A DNA stretch of 35,544 nt from Utricularia gibba (Eukaryota; Plantae; Magnoliophyta). The position numbers were made by a program, and so were the translations under genes. Position 1 is the stretch's first letter. Each line of letters starts with the position of its first letter. The notes under the pieces are model-generated. The model worked only from the letters and a program-made list of their open reading frames with translations, did no database searches and was not told the DNA's origin. Shown here in pieces: positions 24,134 through 34,336 of the stretch. The DNA is taken from positions 1-35,544 of the forward strand of contig NEEC01000129.1 of NCBI GenBank assembly GCA_002189035.1. The letters run 5' to 3'.

Positions 24134-24212
24134 CGCAGTTTCGAGGCGGTCGATCGACTTCCCGATTCCAGCGCCCATGGCCAACGTGCGTGATCCACCG
24201 CCTGCTCCTTGA
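23902..24212 (+). CDS. Spliced small secreted peptide precursor E (79 aa); exons 23902-24019 and 24091-24212
   Basis: MKKLDSRATAAFMVTLLLLIVMITHCFAAGKATAAVPLQ-E-MSIPSRNNRKMFPFAVSRRSIDFPIPAPMANVRDPPPAP*. Donor CAAG|GTAATT, acceptor TTTCAG|AG, 71-nt intron, phase-consistent. It shares AVS[KR]R, P.PAP..N and RDPPP with gene A. Confidence 0.75.
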
Positions 24213-24424
24213 TTTGGGTCTCACTGAACGCTACGAAGTGATTTGAAAGCTTATAAGTTGAATAAAGTATGGAACTTTCATGATATGAACTGAAAGGCAC
24301 ATCCTCTCCATCTAAGATTTATACAGAGCACGCGTGTGTTCATTTTAAAATCTCAACATCAAAGTGCCTCGTTGATACGCAATTCGCTTTATCATCTTCA
24401 CTGATGCCGCAGTCATAATCTGCA

Positions 24425-26402
24425 TCAGTTATGGTGCACTTCGTTGGGCAACGTGGGAAGCTTCCTGAACGCGTGTTTCCTGCACCGCTCGAAAATGCTG
24501 TCGTATATCAGATCGAATTCAACTCCAGCTCTTTCTCTGTTTATTATAAACAGAATATGATCGCCTTCCACAACTTTGTAGTACCTGGAACAGATCAGTG
24601 CAAAATGGTGAACAACAGGGAATGGAAATGGAAACTCAAATGCACCAAATGATTTCAGAGCAACCAACCATATCCCTGGCTGCAGAGGATGGAACTCTGA
24701 ATCATGGGTAACAAACTGGCTTGGATGTTCAACAGGGAAACGAGGATGCGTCATTGAGATTGTGTTCAGGGCTCCATCGTTTTCCCACCAGTCTTCGTCC
24801 CTACGCGCATGGATATGCAAGATTTCAAACGTAAAGCAAGGGCTCAGATGAGACATTGGCACCCCCTGACTCACCTGTAACCTTTGTACGGAGGAGTAGC
24901 ATCCGATGGATGCCGCCATTGGCTCATCTGAAGCACCCGGAGGAATAACATCGGGTGTATCCCGAATACGCCGGAGGGGACGGTGGTACCCATGAATTTT
25001 CTAGTACGTTTGGTGGCGTAGCTGAAGTAGTATGTATCAGGAAATGTACGTATATGGCTGTTTAACCTGATGGAGCCCTGGATTGTGAGATCAGGGAGGA
25101 TCCAATCTCCAGATGCAAATGGTCCTGCTTTGCCCATTAGGCAGGAAATGAGGCCCCGGATTCCGATCCTCTTCCACGATAACTCGAAATGATCAAACCC
25201 GAAATTGTAATAGTATTTCAGCATTGGAATGTCAAACCAGTCATAAAGAAGAACACCTATCCTGCATAGCTGCAGGAGGCAGACCGGCTTCAGTGACTTG
25301 CCATCCTCTGGCCTGTGAAGAAGAAGCATGCTTCCATGAAGCTGAATGGGCGCTGTTTATTTAAAAGCAAGAAACAGAGAACAACAATCAGGCAGAAACA
25401 TACTGCATTCCATCCAAATAAGTCCTTGTTGTGCCATTGAAAGCCCCAGATAATGAGGTTATGCTTATAACCCAGTTTGCTGAAGTGTTTTCATGGCCTT
25501 TGAACATCTGCAAACGAATCAGAATCGACGCTTTGATAAAAAAAAACAGTTTGTATGAACAATTTGTAACATGAATTAAGTGCATCTTACCTTGTCAGCA
25601 AGCATCTGCTGCAAGACTCTTACAACCTGAGCTCCGGCAGAGTGCCCGACAAAATGAATTGGATGGTCCTCATCCCATTCAGGATAATGCCCTGAAATAC
25701 GATGGAAGCTTCATAGAAGTGGGAACAACAAGAAAATAAAACAACTCACAAGAATGAAGACAAAAGCAACCGACCGATTTCATAGATTCTTCCAAACTGA
25801 GAGTGCCCACAAGCTTTACTGTGTTCCTCCCCGTAATCCACTTGGCCTCCCTTAGATAGTAAAACAACTCCCTGGCACTAAAACATGAAGAGAACATATA
25901 CAATCTTCAGATTAAGTTCTAGGCACAGAGCTTATAGGGTTTATTAAGTTAGTTTAAATCACACTAACCGATCATAAATACTGGTTAATGAACCTAAATC
26001 AGGGACAAGAACATTATCATCTTTCTTTTCAGCCCCGGCAAAGTAGGACAATCCTCCCAATCTCTTCGGAGCATACAGGAAAACTTCAGCATTTGACTAT
26101 GAAAACTTTGATCCTAAAAAAACTCAAAATTGCAGAATAAATATGCATACCCCTTTTCCAAAACCAAAGATCCCATGAACCAAAACAATCGGAGGAAGGC
26201 CGTGACCCCGCGTGGAGCCTGTATATTCTTCCCTTTTGTAAAAATCAGTCAAATTTGGGCCAAAGAGCCAATCGCTTAAAGTCATTGACAAATCCCCAGC
26301 CACAGCTGTGCTAAATATGTAGAAGCCATACACAATATGCACCAGAGAACTCACGAACAGTTCAGCCAATTGCAGGGACAACACCCACCATTTCCCCATC
26401 AT
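24425..26402 (-). CDS. Alpha/beta-hydrolase superfamily lipase; exons approx 26402-26151, 26063-25969, 25880-25775, 25691-25591, 25507-25404, 25312-24875, 24802-24669, 24586-24425; -1 frameshift at ~25851
   Basis: LPPIVLVHGIFGFGKGRLGGLSYFAGAEKKD, nucleophile elbow PIHFVGHSAGAQV, SLSGAFNGTTRTYLDG, WWENDGALNTISMTHP, and WYYKVVEGDHILFI. Confidence 0.93.
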
Positions 26403-27555
26403 TTTTTCACAAACAGAAGAAATACAGAGGGGATCGATGGATTAGAGAGCCTTCCCCTTGTCTTATCAAAAAACAAGAGAAGGCTCTTGTCTTGATCGCC
26501 ACGAGGAATGAAGAACGACACCGAATCTTCAACCCAGCAGTTAGGTTGTTATTTGGTAAACAACGACAGCCTGGAATTTAACCTGCCCCCATCATTTCCT
26601 AATCATCGGACAGCCGCTTCTGTGTAAAATCCTTGCAACCTTATCTCAAGAACAAGCACAACAATCCCCAATTTCTGCCTTCCCAACGGAATTGAGAGAA
26701 ATTGAGAAAAAGCAAGGGATTCCGAAATGACCCAGAATCTCGAAAAGGTAAACTCTCATCTAGGGGCCGAAAGCATCCATTTTTGTCAGCCACATACTTG
26801 AACATGTATGGTTTTTGAATAAATGATCAAAAGTGGAGGCTTGCGGTTGTGTGGTCGTTGAAACTTCCAATTTCCACATAAGTTATGAACCGGCGCGCGG
26901 CGCCTATAATGCTTTTCTCCGGAACCCTCTGGAACACATCTGACCACTATTTTATAGATACGATAAATAGTAGCCGGGGAAAGTCAAAACAAACAATCAA
27001 TGCAACAGTGAGCAGCTTGTGCCAACCACTTATTCAGACAACCATTCATGATACCACTCCGAAATCTTCACTCTTGGGATCCTTCATTACTTGGGATGCT
27101 GCAATCTTGATTTCAATCTCCATATGAAAGTAGAGAACACGCCCCTTCAACCTGATTTCCGGCATGGGATACAGGTAGATCACGCAAAAAAAAAGACTAT
27201 TTCGATTGGGGCGATCAGAAAAAATGCATCTCATCTCACCGCCCAATTAGAGCGGCAGATAACGCATTTTATCTTGAGTAGGACGAACATGGCAGCTACC
27301 ATAAATGCTGCCGGTGCCAACTTCCACGGTTCGCCGGTGGTAGGAAATAGGAAGAGGGCGCCGCCCAATAATAATTCATGGGCTGACGGCCCATAATAAA
27401 AAATAGAAGAAAGAATGGGGCCCACTTTATCTGATTATTTGGGCCAATTCTCCGAAGCCCAAAAATAAAAAATCATTATTTTAATACATTTTATGGACTA
27501 ATTGGTGAAATATATTAAAAATTAAAAAATAAGAAAATTAAATTTCTATATTCCT

Positions 27556-29388
27556 TCAAGGACAACCGGGATTCTTCCCGGGGCCGCCGTAGTAGAAGTA
27601 ATTTCCCCAGACTCTGTTAACGCCGCCGCGTATGTCGTAACAGTTGGGATGATCGGCGAGTACCCGGAGATCGGAGAGTGGGATCAAGCTGTTGTCCCAA
27701 TCCACCACTTGCAGGTTTCTGAAATACGACGACTTTCCGAACCCTTCTCCTGCGAAATGCCCGCTTCCCATTTGCGTCGGCGTGTGAGTCCCCATACTAC
27801 GTGTATTTACAATCTCACCCCCGAACTGGACCATGTTTGCGTGCTCTCTCAGATGTGTGAACAGAATCGATGGCCAATAACCCACCAACACTCCGTTGCC
27901 GAATTCCAGCCACCAGTTTCCGTGTTTTGGGTCCTGAGGAGATTGATTGAATTCCAGTTCAAAGTCGGGGAAAGTTTGGGGTTACGGGGAAGCGGGAAAA
28001 ATGATGTGAAAAGCACCACCAGCTAGAATGATTGTGCTTGAAGCATGGTGAAAGGCCGCGCTTTTCTGCTATTCACGCTTTCTCTTTTTTTTTTTTAACG
28101 AAATTTGAAGTATGGTGATTTACCTTCCATATCAACAAGGTGATGTCGAACTGTCCGCTGTTGTAGGAAGAAGTTGGTGAAATGGCTGCTCCTATTGCTA
28201 TTTTGCTGTTGGTTTGAATGAACCCAGAGCAGAGCAAGTTGTAACAGCCTGTTGCTTGGTAGGCATCGCTCTGCATTGATCTTAATCTTAGTTCCAAGGA
28301 TAATTAGCAGCTATGAAAAGCGCTGGCAGTTAACTTACAGTCCAGTAGGTGAAGAATCTGGGGTGGTTGTCGCCATAGAGCTCAGGGCTAACCTGTTTTT
28401 CAAGAATGAGAATGAAGCTCAGATGTTAGTGGCGAACGTATTCTGTTCTGTCTGTGAAAATAACAATGAAGAGAAACTGGAACTTGCCTGCCAACCTGCT
28501 TCAATGGTGTTAAGATCACCTCCAAAAGAACCACCAATAACCCACATTTGTGACAAGCTGAATTCGTATGGATTAGCAACTCTTGGAGCCCACACATTAA
28601 TACTTGCTTTCGCTCCGTAGTATTCCTGTCCAGATGCATAACCTACAGCGTGCTGCAACAGAAGGAACCAAAACGAGAGTATTTGATATAGAAACTCATG
28701 GTTGATGAAAGAATGAAAGACTTGGTTTTTATTGTTGATGAAGTATGAACCTCATGCATGTTGCTGGAGGATTCTCTCCGAACCGGCCTTATCTTCTTCC
28801 CGAATCGAAGGAGAGAGCTTGCTCTTACAATGTCTGCCTCTGTTGTTCTTCTGATTGGAATGGTTCCTTCTGGACAGAACTCATTGTTGATGCTCCAAAG
28901 CTGGAAGCTTTCTTCAAGAACATGCTTTCTTGATGAATGCCCTTTTGGCCTATCAGGCGGATCCTGCAACTCACCAACAAAACTGAGCTATTGGATTGTA
29001 AAACCAGCAACAGAATGGCAATGGGGTTTCGTTCTTACTAGTGGCTTTTGCCCTCTTAATTTGGGATGATCGAAAGCCGGCTGTTCATGTGACATCACAC
29101 AATCTATGATATCACCATCAGGGCTCTGTTCAACGCAAGCGTCCATCTGATTAGGAGAAAACAACAAAGGGCAAGAAAAAAAAAATAAAAACTTGCCTGA
29201 ATTGTCTTCACTGCAGGCTTATTGATTCTCCGGAGATGGGATCTTATCAACCTGAGCTTCCTCAACTCCTCCGTCGGCCTGAAACTCCGATCGGTGTCGT
29301 TGAAACTCATGGAAGAAGCCGGAGAAAGCGAAGATACAAAAAACAGGAAGAAAAAGATCGGCAAAAACTTGCAAGAAGTATCTCCCAT
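27556..29388 (-). CDS. Neprosin / DUF239 domain protein (putative secreted proline-specific endoprotease, with activation-peptide domain); exons approx 29388-29197, 29125-29039, 28963-28751, 28652-28488, 28392-28339, 28270-28124, 27933-27556; two GC-AG introns
   Basis: Signal peptide, then INKPAVKTIQSPDGDIIDCV...QPAFDHP, CPEGTIPIRR, HEHAV..YYGAKASINVWAP, EFSLSQMWV, NTIEAGWQVSPELYGD..RFFTYWTSDAYQATGCYNLLCSGFIQ, QFGGEIVN, TQMGSGHF, and YFYYGGPG. Confidence 0.95.
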
Positions 29389-30408
29389 TCCAGAAGTGCT
29401 CACTGAAGCAACCTCCTCCTCCTCTTCATACTTCTAGCATTTCCATCAACTATGTGAGCTCGGTTCTTTCAACTTCACTCGTTTTTTTATATTCCAGAAA
29501 CAGCTGCTCCTGTAGATCATTGAATGAGGAGAGTGCATGAAGCCAGGAGCATGTTTCCTGTTTGCAATACAAACACTGAGACGTCATAATAGGAACAAAT
29601 GTGGTGGTTGCTTTCATTTTGTGTTCTGAAATTCCAAAGTTTGCTTGTCTTCTTTGCTTTCACACTTCCCAAAACCTTCTTTTCTTTTCTTTTTCCTTTT
29701 CTTTTTTTTTCAACATTTTGTCCCCCGTTTCTCCTTTCCTTTCACACATTCAGACGCTTGTTGGACTGCACAACAGTTTATACCTAACTTCACCGTCTTC
29801 CACAGAATTGCCTTCAAAGTGAAGCATTAGCCCATAATTCATCAGACACTAGACTTCTGTATTAGCACTTGGTAAATTAAAATAAACTCCATGGGTGAAA
29901 AGATAATGAAGCAAAGCTTTTATATTTGTTCTGTATTGATTTTTATTTCAACTTACTATTTGTCTACAGAAACTACCATGGCTCAATCAAAGCAGCCTAC
30001 CAGCACCACAACAGGAAGTGCTCGAGTGGGAAGCTGGAGGAGGACCAGGGAAGCAGAAAAATAAAGGGGGGTTGTTGGATTCTTATTCCCTGCATATAAC
30101 AGAAGAACAATGATGATGCTAACACGCATGCATTCGCAACCATCACCTTGCTTCTTCCTTCACTGCTGACAACTCAGCCATAAAGGATGCGGAAAGGTAT
30201 GGAATAATCATCAATGTCTGTTATTGTGAACTGGGAAAAAAAATCTCAGGCCAACAATACTTGTTTCTTTCATTAACTAGAAAAGATGATGGAGAAGTAC
30301 AAGAGACATGCAATCTGCCAGGTAAGTACCTGAGCTATACTAAAAAGACGCAGAGTTCCTTGAAGAGGCCTGCCTGGTTCTGTCCTAATGTATGTGAATA
30401 GAACGGCG

Positions 30409-30921
30409 CTAGTTTTGCAGGACGACTGCCAAGCAGTTTTCCACCTGCCTGTTTAGAATTGTGGTGTACTTTGCAAGCGGGGAGTTGACATGAAACTCGG
30501 CCAGCGCATCGTCGCAGTCGTTGCTCAAGGCTGCGCTGAGATGCGTCACCGCTGTGCCTTTGTCGTTGGACTGCAGGCCTTCGAGGCTCGTCTGCAAGTC
30601 GTCGACGAGACGGTCGAAGCCCTCGACGCACGTCCCCATGACGGCGTCCTGGCTCGTGCTGTCCATGGTTGAGATGGCTGGCTGCAGCATACCAAGCTTG
30701 GCCTGGGCACGGCGTCCCGCCGCAAGGGCAGCTTTCACTGCATTGATGGAGGCGCCTTCCAAGGTGGTGGCGCCATTCACCATTCTGTTGCACAGTCGCT
30801 TGTGGGTCGCGGTGCGGCACATTGGATTGACGTCAGGGAGACCCACAGCGTCACTAGTCGAGAACCCCATGATCAGCAGCAGTACAACAGCAAAGGCACA
30901 GGTGACCATCTGGGAAGCCAT
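30409..30921 (-). CDS. Plant invertase / pectin methylesterase inhibitor (PMEI-domain) protein, 170 aa, intronless
   Basis: Signal peptide, N-terminal Cys pair (MCRTATHKRLC), helical core with TC.E.FD..VDDLQ and LSAALS.DCDDAL, and C-terminal NCLAV. Confidence 0.85.
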   Translation of the reverse strand: MASQMVTCAFAVVLLLIMGFSTSDAVGLPDVNPMCRTATHKRLCNRMVNGATTLEGASINAVKAALAAGRRAQAKLGMLQPAISTMDSTSQDAVMGTCVEGFDRLVDDLQTSLEGLQSNDKGTAVTHLSAALSNDCDDALAEFHVNSPLAKYTTILNRQVENCLAVVLQN

Positions 30922-31181
30922 TTTTCCTTCCGGAGCTGTATATCGATATGTGGTTTCTCCACAAACGGAGACCAGAATTCAAAATCAAGAACAAGGGGGT
31001 GTACAGTGGATATGATTCTTCATATATATATGAGATTGAAAATCTTGAAAGTTACTGGTCCTTCACTTTCTCAGCAACATATCACGGATAGCCTTCCAAT
31101 AATAGAATGAATAGAATTACTCAACATAGCAAGATTGAGAGATTGACCGTGTTTCTCGTAGAGAACCACAGAAATTGGATG

Positions 31182-33691
31182 TCAATCCTTCCAAGTCCAA
31201 GATCCTCGTCCAGTCTTCAACAAGCAGCATAGAGCAGCTCATTCCATGAATCTGGTACACCTGGTAAGCACCAATGACTGCAGTCTTCGGCATGTATTTC
31301 TTGTTGAGCAGATTGATAATCCGGCCGGTAGATTGAAGGATGGGCATCCTTTCTGTAATCTGTAAGCTTGCTTATGTTTAGATAGAAACAGGGGTACGCA
31401 TATCCTTCAGCACGTACTCCAGGACCTTCATCTTCGAAGGGTACTTCGCTAAATATGTATCATTGTATATGGGCTCAGTCTCCTGGTGGCACTGCCCTCC
31501 TGAATTCCAAGGTCCACCCCTGCAATACAATCAGGAAAAAGGGTTAAAATTCAGTAATGTGAATCTATAAGTAGGAAGAAAAAAGACTTTTTTTAACCTG
31601 AAATGAGTGACAGAGAATCCTCTGAAAATCACTTGGGTATGGCTATTCTTGATGTTCTTATCCACCCATCTTGCCCAAGTCGTCAATGCCCTTTTGAAAG
31701 CTTCCAAAACTTTCAATCTTGGATAAACGTGATTACCTTCCTGGTAGTAGTCTTCCCTTAAAAAACACAAACAAACAGACTCAACACCCGTACTTTTAAA
31801 AGCAACTACTGCAACTGAGAAGAACCAATTGATTTCAAGAACTCACCCTTGAGAAGTTTTCTCATGAGTCCACCAGTGGCCGGTATTGAATATAAGAACA
31901 TCTGCATCATGATACATATGTGTCGTGTCGTCCATTAGATCAAGTCGGAGAGTCTCAAAGGAACCATTTTTCCCTTTGAAAGATGATTCCTTGACAAGGA
32001 ATGGAGAACTGACGAAGTCTATGGAGCAGTTGTAATCCTGAAAGCAAAACCAGATAAAGACAGAAGGATTAGACAACAGAACTGAAGTGCAACACTTTTT
32101 CGGATAATTTGTATGGGGTGAGAGTCGATCATGCCTCGTATCTGAATGCATAAAAACCTTTCTTTTTGAAATCGTGTCTTCCAGAAATCTCATACACTCG
32201 GCTTTTATCCTCAACACCATGACGAAGCAGGCAAACAAGAGACTCCCACATGTTCCTATTGAGAGAATCTCCAACGAACACTAGCTTCTGCCCCCTCAGC
32301 CTCTCAAGAAAATCAGTAGCATTGAACCTATTAACCACATAGCATTCAGTCAACAAAGTGGACTTTAATTTAAGAGAGCAACTTTTGTTATAAAACATAT
32401 TGAACCACTAAGACATCCTTGACTTCACAATAAAAGAAGAATCCAAAGGGATAGATACCAGTCTGCGACTCAGCTCTTCATTAAGGCAGAAACTTTCAAA
32501 ATTCTTACTGAACCACTAAAACATGTTGTGACTACAAGTAGCAAATGTGTGAAAACTCGATCAACCATGAAATAGGTAGAATGGGAAGTGAACACAATCT
32601 TAAACCAGAGACAGTATCGGATTCTTTTTGTATGTCTACTCCACGTCAAACATATCTTGGTGGTTCAAAACCTCTAGCCATACATAGCAGCTAGTAAACG
32701 TTCAAGTCAAACAGATGCAAAGTTTTGGTAAACTAAAATTGAAAGACAAAAAAGATGTACCTAGGAATTTCACAGCCGTATGGTTGCCATCTCCACTTCT
32801 CAAATTCATTATCCCGTCTCCCATTAAGGTGGCAATCGAAATCCTTATCGATGTAAGGGCAGGACAGTGGAGGATAATATGGGAGTGTGTCATCCTTCAC
32901 CCATCTACCATCAAACAAATCACAGTTCTTCAAAGATTTGGTGACGACTGGCGGAGTTTCAGTTCCTTCGCTCCTCTTACCATCACCAGCAGCCGTAGGA
33001 TTCGTCGCATTCACAGAAAATTCACCGGAACCGGCGTCCACTGCATCGGTTTCGTTCTCTTTACCACTTGATAAGACTGGATTTGGAGCAGATTCTGATC
33101 CGTTATTTGCAAAGGTGGCATTTTGAGGGTTATCAAAAACCTTCTTTTGGCCATCAGATCTTGTTGGCGCCGCTTCATTCAATTCACCCAAATGGGCGTC
33201 CAAAGACTCCCCCTTGTACTCGCTAGCAGTTGCTATGACTGAACTCTTGGCAGACTCCGACCCATTATTGGAAAAGCGTGCATCTTGAGGCTTATCAACC
33301 ACTTCACCCACATGGGCATCATCAAAAACCTCCTTTTTCCCATCCGAACTTGTTGCCACCGTGGGATTCAATTCACCCGAACGATTCCCAGCGGTCTGAA
33401 CAATTTCAGAAACATTAGCGCTTCCGGAAGTAGTACCATTACCTGAATCGGTGTAGGAAACTGAAAAGGGCCAATGCAACAAGGGGGATTACTCAGAGAA
33501 CCAAAGCTATTCAATCTCTGGAACAAAGGGTCAAGGAAAGGCGTCCGGGAAGACGCATTCACCAACACTGCACTCACAACTATGAAAGACAACAGTACCA
33601 CTACACTAAACGGCGAAACAGCCTTCCTCTTAAACGAAGATAGCCACTGATCTGAATCCGCTCTGGGTAAACCGGCAAAAAAGGTAACCAT
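31182..33691 (-). CDS. TBL2: Trichome birefringence-like (PC-esterase/O-acetyltransferase) protein, TBL2-like; exons approx 33691-32761, 32328-32135, 32037-31847, 31756-31598, 31521-31182; -1 frameshifts at ~33485, ~31387, ~31222; GC-AG intron 32134-32038
   Basis: [66 protein letters not shown] (GDS motif), [12 protein letters not shown], and [19 protein letters not shown] (DxxH motif). The [14 protein letters not shown] segment and the long low-complexity spacer match the TBL1/2 clade as I recall it. Confidence 0.9.
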
Positions 33692-33916
33692 CTAGACTAA
33701 GTACACCGAAAACTCTACAAAATCCAAAGAATGCGGGTAATATAAAGAAGGTCGGCTGTCTGTTGCTTTGATGAGCTTGAACAAAAATACACTGCAAAAC
33801 AACGATGGTGGTAACCATAAAATTAGTGGAGGAGAAGCAGGAAGACGGAGGAGACACTTCGAGAGCGGACGTTAAGGGGCATCTTTGTAACATCACCCTC
33901 ACCGACGATGAGCCTC

Positions 33917-34113
33917 TGCCACGTGGCACCGGGAACCCATACGCCGTACGCGGACGCGCCCCATGGAAACTGTTCTCTGCTTATGAAAGGTGCTCCTGGG
34001 CAGTGGGCACCACAGTCTTAAATCCTCGGATGGTCATTCAAACGTACTGATTGGGCCTTTAAGCCCATCGTATATTGAGCCGATAATTCAAGGCCCGATG
34101 TTCGCCCAATGGG
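33917..34113. promoter_or_regulatory. TBL upstream region: palindromic G-box GCCACGTGGC (~33918) and a site II cluster (34050-34113)
   Basis: The motifs are read directly from the sequence, 230-420 bp upstream of the TBL ATG. Confidence 0.4.
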
Positions 34114-34336
34114 CTTTCATTTTTCTCAAAAAAAGAATATTTTTTTTTGTTCACATTTCATCTTCGTCGTCCCTGCCGCTGCTGCACGGCGAACAGAAAA
34201 ACCAGAAGCTTCCTCTAATTCAATGCTTTTTACAGTAACTATTCTCAGATCACATCACGCCTTCCTCAAAAACAAGCTAAACTTCGTACTACACAACTTC
34301 AAAGTTGTGTACAAAACAAGGGGGCATAAGCTATAT

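Noticed and set aside
30335-31015. Long alternative-frame and antisense ORFs over the PMEI gene (and similar ones over MATE, TBL and NIK3)
   Set aside because: By-products of GC-rich coding sequence with few stops in other frames.
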